From Octopus vulgaris (taxonomy: Eukaryota), in the NCBI GenBank assembly GCA_951406725.2, contig OX597815.1, positions 4,278,001 through 4,342,000 of the forward strand: a stretch of 64,000 nucleotides of DNA, written 5' to 3'. The translations under genes and the position numbers were made by a program. The notes under the pieces are model-generated. The model was given only the letters and a program-made list of their open reading frames with translations. It had not been told where the DNA came from and did no database searches. Numbering within the stretch: the stretch's first letter is position 1; the number at the start of each line of letters is the position of its first letter. Below, one piece after another: positions 26,493 to 39,218 of this stretch.

Positions 26493-27032
26493 AATCAATA
26501 AAGAAGCTTCTATTTGTTCTAACACCCCCCCCACACCAAATAAGACAAAGCTCTTCCATAACTAACCCCCCCTCCCACTTTAATGACTAAAGATATACAT
26601 CTGAAAATAAAAAGCAAGACAGGCAGTAAGGTCACAGTTGGACTGTCTCTTTTTCATAGATCCATTTAATCAAAGACTTATTTCTTTGGGACAAGAACTA
26701 AAGAATGAATTCTTCTCAGAGTTAGTTGTCCAAGAGTTATAAGAACCATACAGTTCAATATTTAAGAGATGAGGAATTATGAACATTATTTACATTTGAT
26801 GGATATTTCTCCTCATCTTGTTTGTTGTTAATACATTTCTGCTAATAGACACCTTCATCAGGTGTCTTGGGGAAATTTCGAACCTGGGTTCTCACTCCTA
26901 AGGTATTTTTCAATGTAATTATTATTATTATTATTATCATTATTATTATTATTATTCAGGTCATGGCTTGGAATCGAACTCAGAATCTTGGGGTTAGTAG
27001 TCCGCGCTCTTAACCACTACACCACGGACATA

Positions 27033-27099
27033 TGGAGTAGTGGTTAAGAGCACGGGCTACTAACCCCAAGATTCCGAGCTCGATTTCAGGCTGTGACCT
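27033..27099 (+). promoter_or_regulatory. tRNA-like Pol III head (A and B boxes), mirrored on minus strand at ~26957-27024
   Basis: TGGAGTAGTGGTTAAGAGC (A box), GGG-CTACTAA-CCC anticodon-like arm, GAGCTCGATT (GAGTTCGATTCC in the mirror arm) B box; no proper acceptor stem. Confidence 0.7.
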
Positions 27100-27188
27100 G
27101 AATACTAATAATAATAATAGATAATAATAATAATAATAATATCAGAAAATACCTTAGGAATGAGAACCCAGGTTCAAAATTCCCCCAG

Positions 27189-27235
27189 GACAGCTGAGGA
27201 AGGCTGGAGGGGGATATCAGTCGAAACGTTGAGTT
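27189..27235 (+). ncRNA. Minimal type I hammerhead motif (family 1)
   Basis: CTGAGGA A GGCTG..CAGTC GAAAC GTT; core intact, helix I damaged in this copy. Confidence 0.65.
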
Positions 27236-28519
27236 AACAACAAACAAGATGAGGACAAATATCCGTGAAATGTAAATAATGTTATAAAAACCAGTTTTGG
27301 AATGAATGAAGTGATTGGTTATTGGTAGGTGAAGGAAAAAGCAGGACGAACCTGATGTTGGAATCCCCAAAAAGAGCAGATTTAGATCTTGAACACCCCT
27401 ATCTATGCATGTATGGAATGTAGACTGATCCACTTCATCACTTTACCTCTTGTTTCCCCCTATCCTCGCTGTCTAGAAAGTGGGGTGACCATCCCCTTCA
27501 CTTTGCTACCCAGTCCCTGGTGATGGGTTACCCACTAAGCAAAATGAGCAAGTGCTTAAGGTGTCAAGGGAAGGGGGGGGGGGGGGCACAACATAAATGG
27601 TAAATGGTTGACGGCACAAAAGAAATCACTTTAAACCTTGATAAGATAATATTCCAAGCGGTTTATATGATTGGAAATATAATTTTGAAGGGTTTGTGGT
27701 GTCTTAGGGAGGATCTGATCAAGGACTTTGCAATTATAAAAAAAAAAAAAATGGGAGAAAACTTTTCAAAGAAGAATCGGAAAATACAAAAAGAAACATT
27801 CTTTTCCTTCTTACTTTCAGTTTTGTTTCATTTTCAAAAATAAAACTTCATTTTATGGTTTATTATTGTTTATATTTTCAATTACCAATATATGGGGGAC
27901 ACCAAAATCGTTTAAGCACTTAGGGCCTCTATGGGTCTTAATCTGTCCCAGCCATTCCTCCATCCCTGTAGAAAGTGGACCAACCTACCCCATCACCTCA
28001 TTACCTTGTCCCCCACCCCCCTTTTATACTGAACTCTTCTCCTTTTCCTCTCCTCCTCTTCTTGCTCTTCATGTAACTCCCTCCATTGCCATCTTCTTGC
28101 AAATACCAAATCAGTTTTCTCGTTCATTACCTTTAATTACTCTACTCTCACCTCGTTAATTACTACGGTGTCCAACCATAGAGACCATGCCAAAACAGAC
28201 GACTTGGACTTGGTGCACCCCTCCAGCCCTGCCAGTCCCTATCGAACCATCAAACCCACACCATCATTGAAAATGGATGTTAAAAGATGATGATGATGAT
28301 GATATATATATGATAGGGTGAATTTGGTAGATGAAAACTGTGTGGCAGCCTAAGTGCCATGCAGAGGGACTGAACCTGAAACCATGTGGTTACAAAGCAA
28401 GCGTCTTAACCACACAGCCATCTGTGTGGCATGTCTTTAACATAACCCACCGAAAATAGCCAATATCTGGTTCCATAGCTCATCCTCAAGATGCCAAAGG
28501 AATCAACATCAGTATTCTT

Positions 28520-29200
28520 TTTTTTTTAAAGCCTGGTACTGATTTTATCAGTCTCTTTTGGTGAACTGCTAAGTGACAGGGTTGTAAACACACCAACACC
28601 GGTTATCAAGTGATGACAGGGGACAAATGCAGACACACACACACACATACACATATGACAAGGCTTCTTTCAGTTTCTGCTTACCCAATCCACTCACAAG
28701 CTTTTGGTTGGTCTGAGGATCTAATAGGAGACACTTGCCCAAGGGGCCACACAGTGGAACTGAACCCAGAACCATGTGGTTGGTAAGCAAGCTTCTTGCG
28801 ACATAGCCACGCCTGTGCCTGTGTGTGTGTGTGTATGTGTGTACAACAAGCTTCTTTCAGTTTCCATCTACCAAATCCACTCACAAGGCTTTGGTCTGCC
28901 TGAGGCTATAGTAGAAGACACTTGCTCAAGGTGCCATCCAGTGGGATTGAACCCGGAACTACGTGGTTGGTAAGCAAGCTTCTTACCACAAAGCCATACC
29001 TTGCACCTATATATAATATATATATATGTGTGTATACAACGGGCTTCTTTCAGTTTCCATCTACCAAATCCACTCACAAGGTTTTGGTTGGCTTGAGGCT
29101 ATAGTAGAAGACATTTGCCCAAGGTGCCACACAGGAGGACTGAACCCAGAACCATGTGGTTGGGAAGCAAGCTACTTACCGCACAGCCATGTCTGCACCT
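28520..29200 (-). mobile_element. SINE family A, three 5' halves in tandem sharing one partial 3' half
   Basis: CTTCTTTCAGTTTC..CACAGCCA..GCACCT block repeated at ~28660, ~28850 and ~29040. Confidence 0.8.
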
Positions 29201-29504
29201 ATCTTGTGCATTTACCACAAATGAAATATCAATTTTATTCCAAGTAGCAACAAAAATTCATATTTTTGTCTTAGACAATAAACAAAAAAAAAAAAAATAA
29301 ATGAAATCAAAAAAATTAAAAAAAAAGAAAGATGGACAAAGAAAAACGATGTAAATAAACAAATAATAAATAAAAAAGAAAACTCTATATATTCTAACGA
29401 TTATTATCTGAGAGATTTCATTGAGCGTTTGCTGACGTAGGTTGGTGGTGCCCTTGATGGTCGGGTGGAGCAGGATGTGGAATTTGCGCAAAGAAGATTG
29501 ACTG

Positions 29505-30035
29505 GTGTGACTACCATTGCTCTTACTACTACTACTACTACTACTACTATCACCCCTGCCACTATTTCTACTACTGCTACTACCATTGCAGTGACCACTA
29601 CTACCACAACAATCACCACTACCACAGTGACCACTACAACTGCCCCCCTCCACACACACCACTACCACCACCACAATGACCACTACAATCACCAGCACCA
29701 CTACTACTACAACCATCACAGTGACCACCACCACCACTACTACAACTTCCCCACACCACTACCACCACCACAATGACCACTACAATCACCACCACCACCA
29801 CCACTACAACTGACCCCCCCACACACACACCACACACCACCACTATCACCACTACAATCACCACCACCACTACTACTACAACCATCACAGTGACCACCAC
29901 CACTACAACTCCCCCCCCCACACCACTACCACCACCACAATGACCACTACAATCACCACCACCACTACTACTACAACCATCACAGTGACCACCACCACCA
30001 CCACCACCACCACTACTACAACCCCCCACCTCCCC
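29505..30035. repeat. (ACC/ACT)-based compound minisatellite
   Basis: Recurrent CCACAATGACCACTACAATCACC and ACAACCATCACAGTGACCACC blocks. Confidence 0.85.
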
Positions 30036-30544
30036 ACCCCCCGACAGAGTTGCTAACTTTAGTTTATTGCCGGAACAATTATCGACTCTGGTGTAATCAA
30101 TATATTTTTAAACTCACAAGCCCAGCCATTGGTCAGTAAAGTCCGTTCGCTGATGTAGTCTGCTTGCTTTAGTTTCCATCAAGGATCGACTAGAGTTTCA
30201 TCAGCGTCGGCAGCAGCTATTTCCAGACACCACTCAAAGTGTGTGGGTTGACTCTCGTGACCTTCCCTTGATCAATAATAATCCAAGATCTACGCAGTCT
30301 CTTTCTCTCTCTGGCTGTTGTTTCTTTCCTGTTGAGATACAACAAAAAGCTCATCAGTCGCTCACTGCAATTATATACAAACGTCTTTTCCTCATTTAAG
30401 GTTGTGCAGTAGATTTCCAGTAGCGTTGTGTCTTTGAGCAAGACACTTTATTTCACATTGCTCAAAATGAGTTGTACCTGTGATTCAAAGGGGACCAGCC
30501 TTGTCTCATTCCGTCTCACTGAATCTTCCTGAGAACTACATTAA

Positions 30545-31155
30545 CCCTTTTGATACCAACCCGGCTGAAACCAGCTCTGGCTCTGTAATATAAACGTCTT
30601 GTTTTCAAAAGTTCTGAATTGAAATCTTCCACCAAACCTTAGTCACAATTTATGTTCCTAACACTTAGCTTAATGATAACTAAGTTATTTTACTAAATTC
30701 TTTTTTTATATTTAAAGTAATTGAAAGAAACCCAGAGCATCTCAACAGAAATATGGTAACGAAAGGGTTAAAATATATAATAGAGAAACAATTCTTAACC
30801 CTTTCGTTACCAACCTGGCTGAAACTGCCTCTGGCTCTGAGTACAAATGTTTTGTTTTCATAAGTTCTGAATTAAAATCTTCCACCAAACCTTAATCACA
30901 ATTTATGTTCCTAACACTAGCTGAATGATAACGAAGTCAAGACTATTGAAAAGGTTACAAGACGCAATGAAAATTTTAGGAAAACAAAAATAAGAAATAA
31001 GTGGAAATTTTACCGGTGAGTGTGTTAAATTATAAAGCACAAAAATAAAATGACTCTCCCCAGACACAACACATAATGAAGTTATTTTACTAAATTCTTT
31101 GTTATATTTAAAATTAATTGCAAGGAACACCGTAATAAATCCGGTAATGAAAGGG
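30545..31155. mobile_element. piggyBac-type TTAA MITE dimer inserted in a CORE-like SINE
   Basis: TTAA at 30541 and 31156; host SINE continuous across it (GAGAACTACA|TTAA|GAGCATACGTG); second unit carries a ~135-bp insert near 30937-31073. Confidence 0.85.
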
Positions 31156-33117
31156 TTAAGAGCATACGTGTTTGTGGAGTACTCAGCCACTTGCACATTA
31201 GTTTCACCAACAGACTGTTCCATTGATTGGATCACCTGGAACCTGCATTGTCAAAACCTATGGAGTGCCAGCTCATCATCGTTACCATTTAATGTCTATT
31301 TCCGTTGTTAGCATGTCTTGGAGGGTTTGACGAAGAACTGGCAAGCCAGAGAGCTGCACCAAGATCCAAATGTCTGTTTTCACATGGTTTCTGCAGCTCT
31401 CAACCGCTTTGGAGAGTCTACTGGGTGCTTTATACATGGTACCACCACGGGTGCTTTACACATGGCACCAGCATGGGTGCTGTGTGTGGCACCAGCACAG
31501 ATTCTTTACATGTGACACTAAACATGGGTGCTTTTTAAGTGGCACCATCATTCACTTTGTAATTTGCAGTTTCTGTATAATTTCCAAGCCGAATGTCTTG
31601 AAGGCTTCTTCCCATATTTCGTCTCTGTTGCTATATCTTAATGCATTAGACATTTACCGTTTCGCTCAATTACAGACAGCCTACTGATCTTTGTGATGTT
31701 CCACTTCCACAGAATTAGTCTTGAGACATTTGTCCTTCACCAAAGAAAAATTCTCTTTGAAATATCAGCTTTTTTTTTTTATTTTTTGGTTTCTCATCAC
31801 TTTCTGGTTTTATTTAAATTTTTTTTGTGGGATGTTTGTTTTTTCAGGGTCCTTTTTTTCTGCTTTCAACTTAATCGCATAACGAAGTAACTAAGTTTGG
31901 AAAATGATCAGAGTAGCAATTCTGAAACCAATGTCTAAGTGGATTCTTGATTGTTGACATCAGTACCACCACCACCACCACCACCACCATCATCTCATCA
32001 ACACCCTTGTTGTTTATCATCATCAACATCACTGCTATCATCACCATCATTGCCATCATCACCACCATCACCACTGAAATCACTATCGCGACCACCACCA
32101 CCACCATCACCTCCATTATTTTCCATGCTGCCATCATTTGGATGGTTTCACAGGATCTTATGAATGGATCAGAGGCCCACATTTTGCTCCAATATTACAG
32201 TTTCAGCCTAGTTTCTACATCCTGATGGCCCCTTCTCTACTGGTAAGGAAAGGATGATGATCATTCCATTCTGGACAATATCTATTATTCTATTTCATTT
32301 ATTAACATTCTGCTTTAAGGGCAATTTGGCTGCTATTTCTAGTCGGCCTCCTCACAACATAGAACTACATTAACCCTTTTGATACCAACCTGGCTGAAAC
32401 CGATTCTGGCTCTGTAGTACAAATGTCTTGTTTTCATAAGTTCTGAATTAAAATCTTCCTCCAAACCTTAGTCCTGGCTTCCCAGACCCCGGTCGAACTG
32501 TCCAACCCATGCCAGCATGGAAAACGAACTTTAAACGATGATGATAATGACAGTCACACACACACACACATGCTCACACACATACACACGATGGGCTTCT
32601 TTCAGTTTCCTTCTACCAAATCCACTCACAAAGTTTTGGTTGGCCTGAAGCCATAATAAAAAGAAAAAATGCTTGCCCACGATGCCATGCAGTGGGACTG
32701 AACCTGGAACCATGTGGTTGGGAAGCAAGCTACTTACCACACAACCACACCTATTTTTACATCAAACAATTTTGTTTTTATTTGGTTCTCAAAGCTTCTT
32801 TGTCTGCAGAGATCCATGTTTTTAATACCAGTAATTTTCAGTGGGAATATTTCAATTGAACGATTCCAACCCACCCACCCATCCATTTTTCACCACCACC
32901 ACCACCACCACCACCACCACTGCCACTGCCAATACAATTTATCAAAAAATAGTTTTTAGACATTTCTTTTAGAAACCATCCAATTCTAGATCTTCTGCAA
33001 ATTATAACTATTTCAGCATTCTTCGCTGCTTCCAAATATTGGTTCCATAGTATTTCTGGAATAATTGACCAAGCTATTTTCATTTCATCTTCCTGTGTAA
33101 ATTGTTGTTGCTGGCGA

Positions 33118-33420
33118 GCTTCTTCATCATCCTCTTCTTCATCTTCTTTTACTCTTCTTCTTCGTTCTTCTTCTTCTTCTTTCTTCTTCTTCTTTCTTTC
33201 TTTTTTCTTTCTTTCTTTCTTCTCTTTCTTTCTTCCTTCTCTTTCTTCTTCTCTTTCTCCTCTTTCTTCTTCTCCTCCTCCTCCTTCTTCTTCTTCTTTC
33301 TTCTCTTCCTTCTTCTCTTTCTTCCTCTTCTTCTCTTCTTCTCATTTCTTCTTTCTTCTTATCTTTCTCCTCTTCCTTCTCCTCCTTCTCCTTCTTCTTC
33401 AGATTCCCCTCCTCCTCCTC
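33118..33420. repeat. (TTC/TCC)n tract
   Basis: Directly visible. Confidence 0.9.
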
Positions 33421-33426
33421 CGCAAC

Positions 33427-33995
33427 AAGGCTGTGAGCTGGCAGAATCGTTACCAAAGCCAAGCAAAATACTTTGCAGCATTTCAGCCGCCTTCATGTTC
33501 TGAGTTCGAATTCTGCCAAGGTTGACTTTGCCTTTCATCCTTTCAGGGTCAATAAACTTTTTACCAGTTGAGTTCTGGGGGTCAGTTTAATTGATTTACC
33601 ACCCATCCAAAATTGCTGAAATTATTATTATTATTGATTTTGTCTGCAGCTATGTTCTGAGTTCAAATCCCGCCGAGGTTGACTTTTCCTTTCATCCTTT
33701 CAGGGTCAATAAATTAAGTACGAGTGGAACACTGGGGTCGATGTAATTGACCAGTCCCCCTCCCCAAAATTTCAAGGCCTTGAGCCTTCAGTAGAAAGGA
33801 TTATCAAGGCAGCGAACTGACAAAATTGTTGCCACTCGGGGCAAAATACTCTTGTGACATTTCATCTGTAGCTATGTTCTGAGTTCAAATTCTTCCCAGG
33901 TCAACTCTCCCTTTCATCTTTTCGGAGTTGATATAATAAGTACCAGTTGTGTACTGGGGTTGGTCTCATTCACTTATCTCCTCTCCTGAAATTGC
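33427..33995 (+). mobile_element. SINE family B, three copies in tandem
   Basis: TGTTCTGAGTTC(G/A)AAT..CTTTCATC..GTACCAG block at ~33500, ~33655, ~33877. Confidence 0.8.
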
Positions 33996-34325
33996 TGACT
34001 TTGAAATCATCATCATCATCATCATTTATTATTATTATTATTATTATTATTCATCGTTTAACGTCCGTTCTCCATGCTAGCATGGGTTGGACGGTTCGAC
34101 CGGGGATCTGGGAAGCCAGAAGGCTGCACCAGGCTCCAGTCTGATCTGGCAGAGTTTCTACAGCTGGATGCCCTTCCTAACGCCAACCACTCCGTGAGTG
34201 TAGTGGGTACTTTTTACGTGCCACCTGCACAGGTGCCAGGCGAGGCTGGCAACGGCCACGGTCGGATTGGTGCATTTTACATGCCACCGGCACAGAAGCC
34301 AGTCGAGGCAGCACTGGCATCGGCT

Positions 34326-34592
34326 ATTGTTATTATTATTGAGTTGTCTTATTTTTATCACGTGCTTTCACTTCACTACCGAGCGCAGCTCTGTGTGCCT
34401 TGGGCATGTGCTGTGGTTTGTTGTGATGCTCTTATTTTTTCTGTATTGAAAGTGTTTTGCGTAGGATGTGTGCAGTGCCCAGTGGTGCAATTTCCTGTAT
34501 GTTATATATATCTGTTAGCCCTGGTGTTTTTGTTATGTATTTGTCTGAATATTCTTTTATCATACCTTATTCACCCACAATGATAGAAATTA
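34326..34592 (-). pseudogene. 3' end of an RLE-type non-LTR retrotransposon (R4/Dong-like) with (TAA)n tail
   Basis: Minus strand gives IIVG..GMIKEYSDKYITKTPGLTDIYNIQEIAPLGTAHILRKTLSIQ, the P.IVGALG..QK.ALLGTA.ILRK.L C-terminal signature. Confidence 0.75.
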
Positions 34593-34855
34593 TTTATTAT
34601 GATTTATCATCATCATCATCAACGTGGCCAGCTGGTGGAATTGTTAGCAATCTGGACAAAATGCTTAGCAGCATTTCTTCCGTCTTTACATTCTGAGTTC
34701 AAATTCTGCCAAAGTTGGCTATACCATTCATTCTTACGGGGGGAAGGAGGGGTCGATAAAATAAGTGCCAGTCAAGTACGTGGGGTGGGGGTGGGGAGTC
34801 GATGTAATCGTCTCGCCCCCACCCCAACCAAATTTCAGGCCTTGTATCTATAGAT

Positions 34856-35266
34856 TACTCTTTTACTCTTTTACTTGTTTCAGTCATTTGATTGCGGCCA
34901 TGCTGGAGCACTGCCTTTAGTTGAGCAACTCGACCCCGGAACTTATTCTTTGTAAGCCCAGTACTTATTCTATCAGTCTCTTTTTGCCGAACCGCTAAGT
35001 GACGGGGACGTAAACACACCAGCATCGGTTGTCAAGCAATGCTAGGGGGACAAACACAGACACACACACGCATATATATATATATATATATATACATATT
35101 TATGACGGGCTTCTTTCAGTTTCCGTCTACCAAATCCACTCACAAGGCTCTGGTTGGCCCGAGGCTATAGCAGAAGACACTTGCCCAAGATGCCACGCAG
35201 TGGGAGTGAACCCAGAACCATGTGGTTGGTTAGCAAGCTACTTACCACACAGCCACTCCTGCACCT
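34856..35266 (-). mobile_element. SINE family A, full length, low divergence
   Basis: Close reverse complement of 42607-43040. Confidence 0.9.
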
Positions 35267-35577
35267 GTAGTAATAAGTATTGATTTGTTGTGGAAAATAT
35301 TAACTTTATATAATCAAATACATTGGGAATGGTGAGATATTTTACTGTTGTCCCACTTTCCCCACCTCTCCCCCTCTCTCCTTCCTCTTCTTCCCCTTTC
35401 TCCTTCCTCTCCCTCTCCCCCCCTCTCTCTCTAACAATTAGAGTCTGAGCAATGGAGACTATCGGATTCTAACACCTGATGGATTCAGATCATTTCCAAT
35501 CAATGGCAAAGATTTAATTTAGTCACCACGATATGATGATGATGATGATAAGAATCAACTCCAATGCAGCATCGTTA

Positions 35578-35981
35578 TCTTTATATATAAAACTCTAGTT
35601 GTGTGAGTGTCTGTCTCCTACGATTTAGATTCCTAACTACTCCCACATTTTGCGGTGCAGTTTAACCAAAAGTGGGTATCTTATAGTCGTGATTCATATC
35701 GAGCCCTTCTGGGTATTAGCGTGCATCTACGATGAGTCTACGATTTAAAAAAAAAATTTACCATAATTTTTTCCCATTTTTAATGCATTTTTTTTGCTAT
35801 TATATAAGGGAAGTAACTCTCTAAAAATGTATTATTAAATCTCAGAACGTAAAAAGCTACAGTAACACCCCCCCCCTTTGTGGTTAGCCATATTGAGATG
35901 GCTATTATACTTTACGTCTCTAAAAATGCTTATATAGTTATCTCCCTTACAAACCCGAGCAACGCCAGGCGATGCTGCTAG
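35578..35981 (+). mobile_element. Non-autonomous Helitron, second family (404 bp)
   Basis: A|TCTTTATATATAAAA...AAACCCGAGCAACGCCAGGCGATGCTGCTAG|T. Confidence 0.85.
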
Positions 35982-36439
35982 TATATATATATAAAATAAA
36001 GATGTTGATAACGTTGGTCTTTTGCCAGAAAATAGAAAGACAAAAAAATGGTTAAAATGTTTGGTCGTTCATAATAATAATAATACAAGAGTTGTGTGTT
36101 GTTGTTGTTGTATCTGTCTGGTTATTTATCACATCAATGGATGTGATGTTCTCTCTCTTTCTCTCTGATAAACATTGGAAGTGGATTTATGGTCTTAGGA
36201 TCCACCCCCACCCTTTTCTTTTCTGTGCTCTTTTCATTTATTTACTTATTTGTGTGTTTGTGTGGTTGTGTGTGTGTGTGTGTGTGTGTCAGTGTCTGGT
36301 TCTCGTCTTTGGACTGGAGACTGGGGCAGTCCTCCCCTTTGCTTCTTGGCAGTCCTTACCCCTGTCACTCAACCGTGTGCAAAAAGCTGTGAACTTGTAT
36401 AAAAACGACTTAATTTCAAATATACATTGATTTTACAGA

Positions 36440-36888
36440 TTTCAAGTAAAACCAATATCGTAGCTGGGGCCAGTGTCACTTTGACTGGCTCCTGTGCTGG
36501 TGGCACATAAAAAACACCACCCAAACATGGTCGATGCCAGTTCCACCTGACTGGCTCTTGTGCTGGTGGCACGTAAAAAAAGCACCATCTGAACATGGTC
36601 ATTGCCAGATCCATCTGACTGACTCCTGTGCCAGTGGAACGTAAAAAGGCACCATTCAAACATGGTCGATGCCAGCCTGCCTGACTGGCTCCTGTGCTGG
36701 TGGCACATAAAAAGCACCCACTACATTCTCAGAGTGGTTGGCATTAGGAAGGGCATCCAGCTGTAGAAACACTGCCAGATCAGATTGGAGCCTGGTGCAG
36801 CCTTCTGACTTGCCAATCCCCAGTCAAACCGTCAAACCCATGCCGGCATGGAAAACGGACATTAAACAATGATGATGATGATGATGAT
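36440..36888 (+). mobile_element. Family C retroelement with 4 internal ~66-bp units
   Basis: GACTG(G/A)CTC..GTGC.(G/A)GTGG.ACRTAAAAA..CACC repeated from 36483; (GAT)n tail. Confidence 0.85.
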
Positions 36889-37248
36889 TTTCATCTTGTT
36901 TGTGAGGTTCAGCTTCTTCTCTTTCCTGCAACTAAACAAGAAGGTGAGAATCGCTTGGTTAAGATCGAAGCCAGGCATTTCTAGCTGGCCCCTGCCACCC
37001 ATTACACTAACACTTTCTGTTTTTGCTCTGTATAGGGGTTAATCATTGAATCGAATCCTTGCATAAGTTTAGTATAAGTTTGCAGGCTGGAATGGTTTTC
37101 TCCTCTTGCCAACCACTTTGCAATGAGGAATGGGCAGACTTTATTATGCCACCAGCACCAGAAATGCTGAGCTCTCAGACCTAAGTTTACTTGTAGAGTC
37201 TGTCTGAAGTTGGGGAGTATGTTGAGGGATCTTGTTAAAAGGATTTAA

Positions 37249-37713
37249 CCCTTTCAAAACCAACCCGGCTGAAACTGGCTCTGGCCCTGAGTACAAAATG
37301 TCTTGTTTTCATAAGTTTTGAATTAAAATCTTCCACCAAACCTTAGTCACAATTTATGTTCTTAACACTAGCTTAATGATAACTAAGTTATTTTACTAAA
37401 TACTTTGTTATAAAGTAATCGAAAAAAACACAGAATCTCAACAGAAATATGGTAAAAAAAGGGTTAAAATATATAATAGAGAAACAATTCTTAACCCTTT
37501 TGATCCCAACCTGGCTGAAACCGATTCTGGTTCTGTAGTACAAATGTCTTGTTTTCATAAGTTTTGAATTTAAAATCTTCCACCAAACCTTAGTCACAAT
37601 TTATGTTCCTAACACTAGCTTAATGATAACCAAGTTGTTTTACTAAATTATTTGTTATATTTAAAATTAACTGAAAGAAACACAGAGCATCTCAAAATAC
37701 AGTAACAAAAGGG
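37249..37713. mobile_element. piggyBac-type TTAA MITE dimer
   Basis: TTAA|CCC at 37245, internal TTAA-AATATATAATAGAGAAACAATTC-TTAA, GGG|TTAA at 37711. Confidence 0.9.
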
Positions 37714-37739
37714 TTAAATTAAAATGTTTATATCAGAAT

Positions 37740-37920
37740 TTCCTACCATACCCTGAACATCTTGCTTCTCTGAGCATGGACACATTAAAGCTCCAACGTC
37801 TGGCAACTAACTTGGTAGACACCCACAAGATTATCCACCATCATTCCAACAACAACAAGAAAAAACTCAGGCACCTTTTTAAATTCCATATGTCTAAAAA
37901 CTAAGGACAATGTTTACAAA
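37740..37920 (+). pseudogene. CR1-type LINE ORF2 fragment
   Basis: Translates LASLSMDTLKLQRLATNLVDTHKII (L.TL..RR...DL...YKI motif), upstream of the region seen at 58255. Confidence 0.6.
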
Positions 37921-38744
37921 ATTTGGCCAATGTGCTAAGTCAATAACGTAGGCCTTAATGTTCAACTGGTACATAATTTATCGACCTTGATAGAATGAAA
38001 GAGAAAGTCGACCTTGGCGGAATTTGAACCCAGAATGTGAAGACATACGAAATACCGCTAAGCGTTTCGCCCAGCATGTTAACAATCCTGCCAGCTTGCC
38101 GCCTTCATATAATAATAATAATAATACTTTTGATGATTTCGAATTTTGGCACAAGGCCAGCAACAGTGCTCAACTGCTACTAATTTTGTCAATCCTGAAA
38201 GGATGAAAGGTAAAGTCCACCTCAGCAGAATCTGATCTTAGAACATAAAGACCAATAAAATACCACTTTTTTTTTTGGCTGGCTTGCTAACAATTCTGCC
38301 AGCTCATTGCCTTCTGTACCAGTAATTTAATGGGTTCACTTACATCACATTATTCCTCCCACCCATACATATGTTCTCTGTGAGAATTGGCTTGGAATCA
38401 TCACAAAATACTCTAAAAATTGTATAATCAATTTTTCAAGGTTCCGCAAAATATCCAAAATAAATATTCTTTAAATAGTTTTTCCACTGGAAAGTTCCTC
38501 AACCTATTAAAAACCATTATCTTCATTTAGCCATATTTATCATTAATAGGAATTCTTCCAAAAAACATTATTGACTTTTAAGTTTTGCCTTTGTTGGTGT
38601 GTGTGGGTGTGGGCATCGTGTGTGTGTGTGTGGGTGTGGGCATCATGTGTGTGTGTGTGTAGCTTTAGTATCTATGTGGTAAATCCACAATCACGTGAAC
38701 CCCACGCATCTTATATATGCGTGTGTGTATATATGTTCAGGTAT

Positions 38745-39178
38745 ACAGTGTGTGTATGTATATATACATGTATGTATATGTTAATGTGTGTGTGTATGTA
38801 CATATGTGTGTGTGTGTGTATGTATATATATATATATGTGTGTATATATATATATGTATGTATATATATATGTATGTATGTATATATATATGTATGTATA
38901 TATATATATGTATGTATATATATATATGTATGTATATATATATATATATGTATGTATATATGTATGTATATATATATATATGTATGTATATATGTATGTA
39001 TATATATATATATGTATGTATATATGTATGTATATATATATATGTATGTATATATGTATGTATATATATATATATGTATGTATATATATATGTATGTATG
39101 TATATATATATATATGTATGTATGTATATATATGTATGTATGTATATATATGTATGTATGTATATATATGTATGTATG

Positions 39179-39218
<40 letters not shown>

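Larger units (their letters stand above)
26752..27283. mobile_element. Palindromic tRNA-head/(AAT)n/hammerhead element (HHR family 1), complete copy
   Basis: Arms ~26782-27024 and ~27033-27283 are reverse complements; each holds a tRNA-like head, (AAT)n and an HHR; ~30-nt unpaired left extension. Confidence 0.85.

Noticed and set aside
27033-27099. Genuine tRNA gene (also considered at 24078, 43993, 50293)
   Set aside because: No acceptor stem or poly-T terminator; each is the head of a dispersed repeat.
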